DNA of 12,088 nucleotides from a bacterium (GTDB taxonomy: Bacteria > Zhuqueibacterota > Zhuqueibacteria > Oceanimicrobiales > Oceanimicrobiaceae), in contig JBBIIG010000044.1 in NCBI GenBank assembly GCA_037446635.1, positions 20,328 through 32,415 of the forward strand, given 5' to 3'. Positions within the stretch are counted from its first letter, which is position 1; every line of letters begins with the position of its first letter. The position numbers and the translations under genes are program-made. This document shows positions 1 through 7,248 of this stretch, in pieces. The notes below the pieces were generated by a model. That model worked only from the letters and a program-made list of their open reading frames with translations, searched no databases and had not been told where the DNA came from.

Positions 1-205
1 AAGTTGTTCGCGTTCCTCGTTCCCACGCTCTGCGTGGGAACGCAAGCGTAGTCGAGCAGTTCACTTTCCGCTCCCACACAGAGCGTGGGCGCGCGGTAAG
101 TTTAAATCAGAAAGTTGTTCGCGTTCCTCGTTCCCACGCTCTGCGTGGGAACGCAAGCGTAGTCGAACAGTTCACTTTCCGCTCCCACACAGAGCGTGGG
201 CGCGC
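1..205. repeat. Tandem REP/BIME-like array: two 94-bp copies (1-94, 112-205; period 111 bp), each holding an inverted pair of hairpin elements
   Basis: The copies differ at one base (G56/A167). Each has the perfect hairpin CGTTCCCACGC-TCT-GCGTGGGAACG (18-42, 129-153) and a degenerate inverted copy GCTCCCACAC-AGA-GCGTGGGCGC (70-92, 181-203). It lies just downstream of the M56 gene stop and may extend left of the window. Confidence 0.85.
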
Positions 206-260
206 AGCAGTAAAACTCGGGGACGAGCTTCGCGCTCTTATGCTTTTCGGGCTCGCCGTG

Positions 261-2195
261 TCAGCCGTTCAATTTGCTGAGTTCCGAGCTGGCTTGCGGC
301 ATAATCCTGACTTCGAGATGATCTCCGTTGCGGGAGATTGATTCTACCTTATAATAACGGCCGTCAACCATAAACGGCTCGCTGACGAGATGACGTTCCT
401 GCACCACAGTTTCGGTGGTGGGATCGAATACGGTCATGTCTTCAAACACGCCGTTGCGGTTCAAATCCACGCGGAGCTCATTTTGTGAATGGAGCGACTC
501 ATCAAGCGTGGCGCGCAGATACCACGCGGTGGCCAAACCGCCGTAAAGCGCGATGGGGTATTTTTCTCCCGCGAACCAAGCTTCGCCCATCCAAAATTCG
601 TTGCTGTCGAATTCGAGAAAATTTTTCTCCGGCACATAAACCAGATGAATCGCGAAATTGCCGACACGAGTTCTGCCGTTGGCAGCATAGCGATATCGCA
701 CCGCGGTTTCGGATTTGAGGTACTTGCTCATCACCCACTGCGGGCTGTCCTCGAAATGATACTTGGCGGTTTTCTTTTTGATTTTGAGCGGCTGCTCGTC
801 GCTGAAACAGTTGTCGCCGTCAGTGTCGAGATACAACTGCGTGGTGCCGTTGGCATCAACACCCTTCATCACCCAGTAGCGGCGGTAGTCGGTATCGTAA
901 ATTCCAATCGCAGCATATTCGACGTCGCACAAATTGGCCGGCAGCCGGCTTTCACAAAATATTTCTTTGCTTTTTGCGGCAGACATTTTTTGAAATTTCG
1001 AACCCGCGCCCACCGGATGGATGACGTAATTTTTCCCGCCTGCTACGCCGCGGGCGGACTCGCCGTTTACCCAGCGCTGAAGTTTGACCACCTGGCCGTT
1101 GTCATCCGCGCGATTTGCGCGTTCGGACATCGGCAAAAGAAAAATCGCCAGCGCCGCCAAAAGCAGGTTGCTCGTCAGCCGGTTTGATTTTCGCAGTTGC
1201 GTGATGTTGCTGATCTCGCGGATGCGCTCGGAAAATTTCTTTTGGTGATTGCCAAACGACGGCAGCGCCTCCACGCCTTCAATTCCAATTAAATTCATTT
1301 TCAAAACCGACAACATGCTGCTGCCATAATCTTTCGGAGAAATGGTTCCGTTTGAAAGCACCAGCTCATCGCAGATTTGTTCGCGAATGCGGTTGAGCTG
1401 GCTGTTGGTGAGCCACACCAACGGGTGAAAAAAATAAATCAACTGCACGATGTTTTGCAGCTTGATCCACAAATCATCCCAATTGCGGACGTGCGCCAGC
1501 TCATGCGCCACCACCGATTCAACCGTGGCGAGAGGAGATTTCAGCAGCAGGTGCGGCACATAAATCACCGGCCGCCAAATTCCAATGGTGAAAGGCGAAA
1601 GGCAATCTTCGGAATAGACCAATCGGACTCGCCGGCGAATTTGCAGGGTTCGACGCCACCAAGCGAGCAATTCCAAAATCTCAGCATCGGAGACTTCGGT
1701 TGCGGTTGCGGCAATACGGCGATAGTGGAAATAGCGCTTCACGAAAATAGCTGCGAATACCAGCACGCCAGCCAGCCACAGGCAAAAAACCATCGATTGC
1801 CAAGTTACCAACTCAATCCAAGATATGCTGCCGACCACCGCGCCTGCTTGAGTGGAGATTGGCGTTTTTCTTATGGCCAAAGGTTCGGTAACGGCGCTTT
1901 TATCAAAAGCAAAATTGGAGACGGAACCATCGCTGAACGATGGAGAATCAAAGACGACAAATTTTCCGAGCAGCTCGCGCGCGCTAAACGCCGAGGAAAA
2001 ATTTGTTGGCAAAATCAGCCGCAACAGCACCAGCGCCCACAGGCCGTAATGCAAATAGGGCGGCGCGTTTTTCAAGAGCCGGCTCAGCAGCCAGACGATC
2101 AGAAAAAGAATTGCAGAAAAGATAATTTCCTTTTCAACGACGCCGACAAAAACCGCACCGATTTGATTGATGGTTTTTAGGATTGACGCCAACAT
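261..2195 (-). CDS. BlaR1/MecR1-type M56 family metallopeptidase sensor with a non-penicillin-binding C-terminal domain (644 aa)
   Basis: N-terminal hydrophobic segments with LWALVLLRLILP, SPFTIGIWRPVIYVP, the zinc motif HELAH, YFFHPLVW and REQICDE are all typical of M56. RBS GGAGGAAGG upstream. Adjacent to a BlaI-family gene. Confidence 0.92.
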   Translation of the reverse strand: MLASILKTINQIGAVFVGVVEKEIIFSAILFLIVWLLSRLLKNAPPYLHYGLWALVLLRLILPTNFSSAFSARELLGKFVVFDSPSFSDGSVSNFAFDKSAVTEPLAIRKTPISTQAGAVVGSISWIELVTWQSMVFCLWLAGVLVFAAIFVKRYFHYRRIAATATEVSDAEILELLAWWRRTLQIRRRVRLVYSEDCLSPFTIGIWRPVIYVPHLLLKSPLATVESVVAHELAHVRNWDDLWIKLQNIVQLIYFFHPLVWLTNSQLNRIREQICDELVLSNGTISPKDYGSSMLSVLKMNLIGIEGVEALPSFGNHQKKFSERIREISNITQLRKSNRLTSNLLLAALAIFLLPMSERANRADDNGQVVKLQRWVNGESARGVAGGKNYVIHPVGAGSKFQKMSAAKSKEIFCESRLPANLCDVEYAAIGIYDTDYRRYWVMKGVDANGTTQLYLDTDGDNCFSDEQPLKIKKKTAKYHFEDSPQWVMSKYLKSETAVRYRYAANGRTRVGNFAIHLVYVPEKNFLEFDSNEFWMGEAWFAGEKYPIALYGGLATAWYLRATLDESLHSQNELRVDLNRNGVFEDMTVFDPTTETVVQERHLVSEPFMVDGRYYKVESISRNGDHLEVRIMPQASSELSKLNG

Positions 2196-2213
2196 CGACC
2201 TTCCTCCGAGCGG

Positions 2214-2594
2214 TTAGTTCTTCTGCTCCAGCAGCCGGGAAAGCTCTTCGATTTCGGCGGGCGTGAGCGCTTTGCTGCGCGCAAACAGCGACACCACCGA
2301 GCCGTAGTCCATTTCCAAAACGCGGTCGGCAAAATTCCGCACCAGCTGCGCCAATCCCATGGGACGGGTGATCAAAGGTTGATACAAAAATACGCCGTGA
2401 AAATTCTCCTTTGCTAATAAACCCTTCACAACCATGCGATCGAGAATGGTTTTGGTGGTGGAATAAGCCCAGTTGTAAAGCAGATTCAGCTCATCATGAA
2501 CCTCACGCCCGCTCATGCGCCCGCCCTTCCACAAAATTTTCATGATGTCCAATTCGGTTTTCGACAATTCCGGTAAGTTTTTGCTCGCCTTCAT
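2214..2594 (-). CDS. BlaI/MecI/CopY family transcriptional repressor (126 aa)
   Basis: LSKTELDIMKILW, WAYSTTKTILDRMVVKG and C-terminal LTPAEIEELSRLL match the BlaI winged-helix family. Co-oriented directly upstream of the M56 gene. Confidence 0.93.
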   Translation of the reverse strand: MKASKNLPELSKTELDIMKILWKGGRMSGREVHDELNLLYNWAYSTTKTILDRMVVKGLLAKENFHGVFLYQPLITRPMGLAQLVRNFADRVLEMDYGSVVSLFARSKALTPAEIEELSRLLEQKN

Positions 2595-2650
2595 TTGAAA
2601 TCTTGGAATTTTAAAAAGATTGGAAAATTTGGATGCCGTAGTTACGCTGC

Positions 2651-2660
2651 TACAGTTGTA
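2651..2660. promoter_or_regulatory. BlaI/MecI/CopY-type operator TACA-GT-TGTA
   Basis: Exact match to the TACA-N2-TGTA palindrome bound by this family, 56 bp upstream of the blaI-like start codon. Confidence 0.75.
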
Positions 2661-2695
2661 AAAGTTTCCTGATTTTTCGGCGCCTAAAATTTCTC

Positions 2696-2724
2696 TTGCA
2701 TCCGGAACCGAAAAAAGTTATTAT
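2696..2724 (+). promoter_or_regulatory. sigma70-type promoter of ssrA
   Basis: TTGCAT (2696-2701), 17-bp spacer, TATTAT (2719-2724), ending 27 bp upstream of the mature tmRNA 5' end. Confidence 0.7.
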
Positions 2725-2751
2725 TAGTTGTATTTTATGGTCTTTCAAAAT

Positions 2752-3108
2752 GGGGACGACTTGGCTTCGACGGGGGTCGAGGAGCTAAGAATGGCATGCC
2801 GAGGTGGTTCAGGGCCTCGTTAATCAACTGGACGCTAAATTTAAACGCAGACAACTATGCGTATGCTGTTGCTGCCTAATTAACGGCAGCAACCGCTCGC
2901 TCAAATCGCGCCACACGGTTTGAACTGAGCGTCGAAATTGTGGCTATATCATCCATCCTGCTTGAGGGTGGGTGATGAATCTCTTCAAGCTGGCCGGCGC
3001 GGGTTTTGTTGGCTGAACCTGCGGCGGCGAGACTCAATCAACCAACTAAGCATGTAGAAGTTCTTAGAGTCTGGCCTTCGGACGTGGGTTCGATTCCCAC
3101 CGTCTCCA
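2752..3108 (+). ncRNA. ssrA: tmRNA (transfer-messenger RNA); tag peptide (A)ADNYAYAVAA* at 2847-2879
   Basis: 5' GGGGACG pairs with 3' CGTCTCC and includes the G3.U alanine identity pair. 5' GGCTTCGAC motif. T-arm GTGGG-TTCGATT-CCCAC. Resume codon GCA after TTAAAC; the tag ends in AA-stop. Length about 357 nt. The discriminator A3108 is followed by CTA, so CCA is not encoded. Confidence 0.97.
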
Positions 3109-3706
3109 CTAACCTTCCTTTGGGTTGCATAATAATGACGACCAAAGAACTTGAAAAAAACATCCAGGAAGTCTGGAAAATGTTTAGAGAAAATGAGCGG
3201 CGGATAGCTGAGAACTCGAAGGCTGTTGCCGCGCTGACCAGCAAATGGGGCCGCTTTGTGGAAGGTTTGTTGATTCCAGCAGTAGAGCGGCTTTTTGAGG
3301 AGCGCGGCATCGCAGTGGACAAAATATCCCCGCGCGTCAAAGCCCGTAAAAACGGCCGCACCATGGAAATCGACATTCTGGCCATCAACGAGGAATATGT
3401 CGTGCTCATTGAAGCGAAAAGCACTCTGTCTGTGGAAGATATCAATGAACACCTGCAAAACCTGGCCGAATTTAAGTTCTTTTATCCGGAATATGCCGAC
3501 CGCAAGGTTATTGGCGCCGTGGCCGGAATCGTCGTCGATGAAGGCGCAGTCCGCTATGCTTATCAAGCCGGTCTGTTTGTCATTGGCCAGAGCGGAGACA
3601 CCGTGAAAATTTTGAATGACAAAAAATTCGTACCGAAGACCTGGTAAACTATTACAATTTTCACAACAGCAACTGGACGTGGGTTCGATTCCCACCGTCT
3701 CCACTA
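3080..3706. mobile_element. Minimal genomic islet at the ssrA 3' end, bounded by 32-bp direct repeats (attL/attR-like: 3080-3111 and 3675-3706); no integrase
   Basis: GGACGTGGGTTCGATTCCCACCGTCTCCACTA occurs twice, identically, 595 bp apart, enclosing one gene. Confidence 0.75.
3135..3647 (+). CDS. PD-(D/E)XK nuclease-fold protein, DUF3782-like (170 aa)
   Basis: The true start is probably ATG 3135, because the longer track ORF overlaps tmRNA. Short N-terminal coiled coil, [15 protein letters not shown]...LIEAKSTL (D...ExK motif), [16 protein letters not shown]-terminal F.PK.W. Confidence 0.8.
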   Translation: MTTKELEKNIQEVWKMFRENERRIAENSKAVAALTSKWGRFVEGLLIPAVERLFEERGIAVDKISPRVKARKNGRTMEIDILAINEEYVVLIEAKSTLSVEDINEHLQNLAEFKFFYPEYADRKVIGAVAGIVVDEGAVRYAYQAGLFVIGQSGDTVKILNDKKFVPKTW

Positions 3707-3777
3707 CTTTCCGTTGTTCAAAAATTCTTCTCCGTGGCTGCTCCTCAATAGTTCTCATTCCACTTACGGAGGTCGTT

Positions 3778-4359
3778 ATGGCTGCCAAAAAAATCTTGAT
3801 GATCGTGGGTGACTTTGTGGAAGACTACGAAGTCATGGTTCCGTTTCAAGCGCTGCAGATGGTTGGGCACACAGTGCACGCGGTGTGCAGCGGCAAAAAA
3901 GCGGGCGACAAAGTCCGCACGGCGGTGCACGACTTCGAGGGCGATCAGACCTACAGCGAGAAACCGGGGCACAACTTCACCCTTAATGCCACCTTCAGCG
4001 AAGTGAAACCGGAGAACTACGATGCGCTGGTCATCCCCGGCGGCAGAGCGCCTGAGTACATTCGACTCAACCAGGACGTGCTGAAAGTCGTGCAGCATTT
4101 TTTCAAATCCAACAAACCGGTTGCTGCAATTTGCCACGCGGCCCAGGTGCTGGCCGCAGCGGGCGTTCTCGAAGGAAGAAGCTGCTCCTCTTATCCGGCC
4201 GTAGGACCGGAAGTCAATCGTGCCGGCGGCAAGTACATGGATATCCCCGTGGACAAAGCCCACGTCGATGGAAATCTGGTAACCGCGCCAGCCTGGCCGG
4301 CCCACCCGGATTGGCTGGCGAAGTTCCTGAAAGTGTTGGGCACGGAAATCCGGCTATGA
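3778..4359 (+). CDS. DJ-1/PfpI family protein (193 aa)
   Basis: RBS GGAGG at 3768-3772 before ATG 3778. Motifs [22 protein letters not shown], nucleophile elbow [23 protein letters not shown]. Confidence 0.93.
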   Translation: MAAKKILMIVGDFVEDYEVMVPFQALQMVGHTVHAVCSGKKAGDKVRTAVHDFEGDQTYSEKPGHNFTLNATFSEVKPENYDALVIPGGRAPEYIRLNQDVLKVVQHFFKSNKPVAAICHAAQVLAAAGVLEGRSCSSYPAVGPEVNRAGGKYMDIPVDKAHVDGNLVTAPAWPAHPDWLAKFLKVLGTEIRL

Positions 4360-4368
4360 CATAAATAC

Positions 4369-4436
4369 TGGGGGTATTGGAGTCGTGGAACACTGGTGGA
4401 GAGCATTCCATTGCTCCAAAACTCCATTAATCTACA
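4369..4436. repeat. Degenerate inverted repeat built from TGGAGnnn octamers
   Basis: Left arm TGGAGTCG-TGGAACAC-TGG; right arm CCA-TTGCTCCA-AAACTCCA (reverse complement TGGAGTTT-TGGAGCAA-TGG). Intergenic. Confidence 0.5.
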
Positions 4437-4472
4437 CTACACTGCACGTAGAAAACATGGAGGACACGATCG

Positions 4473-4796
4473 ATGGCTTACACCTTTAAAGAACTCAAAG
4501 CAAAGACCGCGGCCGAACTCAAAGAAATTGCTAAAGGCATCGAGCACGAGGCAGTAAAAGGTTATACCCAAATGCACAAAGACAAGTTGGTGCAAGCCAT
4601 CTGCACCGCGCTGGGAATTGACGTCCACGAACATCACGAGGTCAAAGGAGTTGATAAATCCACCATCAAAACAAAAATCAGAGCTTTAAAGAAAGAACGG
4701 GATCAGGCCATAGAAGCTCACAACCGCCAACAGCTCAAGGCCATTCGCCGCCAGCTCAAAAACCTGAAAAAACGACTGCAAAAGGCAACGGTCTAA
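4473..4796 (+). CDS. Small basic protein with a Rho N-terminal-like (helix-extension-helix) domain and a C-terminal coiled coil (107 aa)
   Basis: RBS GGAGG upstream. ELKAKTAAELKEIAK...GYTQMHKDKLVQAI resembles the Rho_N pattern. The C-terminus is helical and rich in Lys/Arg. Confidence 0.7.
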   Translation: MAYTFKELKAKTAAELKEIAKGIEHEAVKGYTQMHKDKLVQAICTALGIDVHEHHEVKGVDKSTIKTKIRALKKERDQAIEAHNRQQLKAIRRQLKNLKKRLQKATV

Positions 4797-4953
4797 AATT
4801 TTCGCTCTTCGCCAATTTAAAGTTGCATTTCTAAATTAATATTCATTTCTTACTCCCTTCAGCAAACTCGGGCTGCTCCTCCCAAATATTCGGGAATTTT
4901 GGCCATCCGAAATAAGTTACCAAAAAGTGCATCTTTTCCAAAAGGAGCATCGA

Positions 4954-5964
4954 ATGGAATTCGACACCCTGACCACCCTGAGCTACCCGCGGCTCAAAAT
5001 TAAAATCTCGCGAAGAGACAAATCCGTAGACTCATTCGCCGAAGATGTTTTGGAAGGATTATCGTCAACTCCCAAAACCTTGCCTCCGAAATATTTTTAT
5101 GATCGCCTGGGCTCCAAACTCTTCGAGGCCATTTGCGAGCTGCCGGAATACTACGTCACGCGCACCGAGTTCTCGATTCTTAAAACCTTCGCAGATGACA
5201 TCGCTGCGCAATTCGAGGATGACGTGACGCTGGTGGAACTCGGCAGCGGCAACTCCTCCAAAACCCGCTTGCTCATCGAAGCCTTTCTGCGCCAACAGGG
5301 AGGCTTGCACTATCTGCCCGTTGATATTTCCAAAAGCATCTTAATCGAAACCAGTCAGAATTTGTTGAGATCATATCGCCGCCTAAAAATTACCGCGCAC
5401 ATTTCAGAGTATTTTACGGCGCTGCGGTACTTGCAGCAGGAGACCTTCGAAAGCAAAGTTATTTTGTTTTTGGGATCCAATATCGGAAATTTTGAGCCGG
5501 CGGAGGCCGTCAATTTTTTACGAAACACTTACGCCACCATGGGCGAGCATGATCGTTTGTTGATGGGTGTCGATTTAATGAAAGATAAACAAATCCTCGA
5601 ACCCGCTTACGACGACGCCCGCGGCGTGACCGCCCGCTTCAACATCAATCTGCTCGTTCGCATCAACCGCGAATTAGGGGGGCATTTCGACCTGAGTCAA
5701 TTTCGCCACCAAGTCTTGCTCAACGAAAACCTCGGGCGGATTGAGATGCACCTGGAAAGCCGCCGTCCGCAGGTTGTGGCAATCGACCAATTAAATCACG
5801 AATTCTTTTTCCAAAAGGGCGAAACTATTCACACGGAAAATTCCTACAAGTTCACCCTCGCCAGTTTGAAAAAATTAGCAGCGCGCGGCGGATTCGAAAT
5901 CGAAAAAACCTGGCTGGATGCGCGCAAATGGTTCAGTCTGAATTTACTCAGGCCCATCATGTAA
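4954..5964 (+). CDS. egtD: L-histidine N(alpha)-methyltransferase EgtD (336 aa)
   Basis: RBS AAGGAG before ATG 4954. Motifs LPPKYFYD, PEYYVTRTE, LVELGSG, FLGSNIGN, AYDDARGVTARFN, RIEMHL, IHTENSYKF. Confidence 0.92.
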   Translation: MEFDTLTTLSYPRLKIKISRRDKSVDSFAEDVLEGLSSTPKTLPPKYFYDRLGSKLFEAICELPEYYVTRTEFSILKTFADDIAAQFEDDVTLVELGSGNSSKTRLLIEAFLRQQGGLHYLPVDISKSILIETSQNLLRSYRRLKITAHISEYFTALRYLQQETFESKVILFLGSNIGNFEPAEAVNFLRNTYATMGEHDRLLMGVDLMKDKQILEPAYDDARGVTARFNINLLVRINRELGGHFDLSQFRHQVLLNENLGRIEMHLESRRPQVVAIDQLNHEFFFQKGETIHTENSYKFTLASLKKLAARGGFEIEKTWLDARKWFSLNLLRPIM

Positions 5965-6033
5965 CTCGATTTCACCAAACCCCTGCCTCGCTCAACCTCG
6001 CCGAACGCCCTATCTCAACCTATTAAATTCATC

Positions 6034-6062
6034 TTGACTAAAAAAGACAAAAGTTTTAAATT
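6034..6062 (+). promoter_or_regulatory. sigma70-type promoter of the HNH gene
   Basis: TTGACT (6034-6039), 17 bp, TAAATT (6057-6062). Confidence 0.6.
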
Positions 6063-6089
6063 AGCGCCGTAAAAATTACAGCATCATCT

Positions 6090-6602
6090 ATGAACAGCCA
6101 GGTTTTAGTTTTAAACGCAAGCTACGAACCCATTCATGTTTGCGGCGTCAAACGCGCCATCGTATTAATTGTGAAGGGCGTGGCGCGCAGCGAGCAAAAT
6201 ACGCCGCAAGTTATGCGCTCGCCCTCTTGCGAAATTCCCATTCCCGCGGTGATTCGACTGGTGCATTTCATCAGCCTGCCGTATCGCAAAAAGGCCTTCT
6301 CCAAAAAGCACATTTATTTGCGGGATAATTACACTTGCCAGTATTGCGGCCGCCAGAGCCTGCCGAACGATTTGACCCTCGATCATGTTTTGCCGCAATC
6401 GCGCGGCGGCAAGAGCGTTTGGGAAAATCTGGTGACCTCATGCAAAGCTTGCAACACGCGAAAGGGTGATCTCACGCCCAAAGAGGCGGGGCTGGTGGTT
6501 TTGAATAAACCGAAACCGCTGAGCAGTTATTTTTATCTGCACCTGGTGCGCTCGAAAGCGCGCGACAACCAATATTGGAGAAAGTATTTGTACTACGAAT
6601 AG
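6090..6602 (+). CDS. HNH endonuclease, McrA-like zinc-binding family (170 aa)
   Basis: VLVLNASYEP N-terminus, RDNYTCQYCG, LTLDHVLPQSRGG, WENLVTSCKACNTRKG. Confidence 0.93.
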   Translation: MNSQVLVLNASYEPIHVCGVKRAIVLIVKGVARSEQNTPQVMRSPSCEIPIPAVIRLVHFISLPYRKKAFSKKHIYLRDNYTCQYCGRQSLPNDLTLDHVLPQSRGGKSVWENLVTSCKACNTRKGDLTPKEAGLVVLNKPKPLSSYFYLHLVRSKARDNQYWRKYLYYE

Positions 6603-6623
6603 AAGAAGGTGGGTGGAGTTTTC

Positions 6624-6660
6624 AAGCCTGATGGAGGTTTCATCAGGCTTTTTTTCTTTT
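6624..6660 (+). terminator. Intrinsic terminator after the HNH gene, overlapping the stop of the convergent SRPBCC gene
   Basis: Stem AAGCCTGATG / CATCAGGCTT (6624-6633 / 6641-6650) followed by TTTTTCTTTT. Confidence 0.8.
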
Positions 6661-7134
6661 GCGGCCGTTGATGCTCAATTTTTCGAGATTGTCCAGCGCT
6701 TTTTCAAAATTGCGCGCGACCATGCGCTTCATCATGCGAGTCATCAGCTTGCCGGAAATTCCCACCGGCTCCCAAGAGCCGATCATGCGAAACGTCACTT
6801 CGCCATTGTTATTGGTCACCGAAAGGGTAGTTTTAATTTCTTTGGCGTAATTGACTTCCTTGCCGTTGATGATGTCTTTGAGATGCAGCCAGGCAATTTT
6901 ATGCGGCGGCTCCCAGGCAATAACCTCCTGCAGCGTTTCCCCCTGACCGACGTCGATATCGGTTTTGAGCAACTGCTTTCGCCCCACCGCGGAAGCGCGA
7001 TCGCGCGGCTCGTACTGCACTTCGACCGCTACCACGCCCGGCATCCACTCCGGATAGCGTCTCACTTCGCTAATCAACCCCCAGATTTTTTCCGGATCGC
7101 CTTTTATCTTCCGGCTCTTTTTGACATAAACCAT
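6643..7134 (-). CDS. SRPBCC (START/polyketide cyclase-like) family protein (163 aa)
   Basis: IKGDPEKIWGLISEVRRYPEWMPGV N-terminal signature, EVIAWEPPHKIAW, and a C-terminal helix ending ALDNLEKL. RBS AAGGAAGG. Confidence 0.88.
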   Translation of the reverse strand: MVYVKKSRKIKGDPEKIWGLISEVRRYPEWMPGVVAVEVQYEPRDRASAVGRKQLLKTDIDVGQGETLQEVIAWEPPHKIAWLHLKDIINGKEVNYAKEIKTTLSVTNNNGEVTFRMIGSWEPVGISGKLMTRMMKRMVARNFEKALDNLEKLSINGRKRKKA

Positions 7135-7173
7135 TGGCGGAGGCCCTTCCTTTACAAATCGAGAGACAGCTTC

Positions 7174-7201
7174 AGTTTAATATTTTCTCAAAAAATGTCA
7201 A
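7174..7201 (-). promoter_or_regulatory. sigma70-type promoter of the SRPBCC gene
   Basis: Minus strand TTGACA (7201-7196), 16 bp, TAAACT (7179-7174). Confidence 0.5.
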
Positions 7202-7214
7202 GCTATTTTTTCAA

Positions 7215-7243
7215 TTGACTCGTTGATCGAAAATCTGTAACGT
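7215..7243 (+). promoter_or_regulatory. sigma70-type promoter of rlmB, directly abutting the start codon
   Basis: TTGACT (7215-7220), 17 bp, TAACGT (7238-7243); ATG at 7249. Confidence 0.55.
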
Positions 7244-7248
7244 GAGGC

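Noticed and set aside
1..205. Possible CRISPR array
   Set aside because: The sequences between the palindromes are duplicated rather than unique, the elements alternate in orientation, and no cas genes are present.
489..2180. Long plus-strand ORFs 489..1187 and 1377..2180, and similar opposite-strand ORFs (2985..3788, 3745..4305, 6613..7218, 10284..10874, 11181..11882)
   Set aside because: They are antisense shadows of well-supported genes and show no recognisable motifs.
2847..2879. Taxonomic assignment from the tmRNA tag ADNYAYAVAA (reminiscent of FCB-group tags)
   Set aside because: A 10-residue tag recalled from memory is not enough to assign a lineage without a database comparison.
3006..3134. 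N-terminal extensions of ORFs 3006..3647 and 3616..4359, both containing [10 protein letters not shown]
   Set aside because: This is translation through the tmRNA 3' end and its duplicate. Family similarity begins at ATG 3135 and ATG 3778, and the latter has a clear RBS.
3675..3706. A separate tRNA gene at the second repeat
   Set aside because: Only the T-arm and 3' acceptor strand are present; there is no 5' acceptor strand, D-arm or anticodon arm upstream.
4860..4915. Possible riboswitch in the egtD leader (TCGG...TCCC-N8-GGGA...CCGA pairing)
   Set aside because: The stems are short and I recognise no SAM or other riboswitch consensus; an Rfam/Infernal search would be needed.
6090..6602. 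HNH gene as an RNA-guided (IscB/Cas9-like) or homing nuclease
   Set aside because: It is only 170 aa with no RuvC motifs, has its own promoter and terminator with no room for a guide RNA, and fits the common stand-alone McrA-like HNH family.
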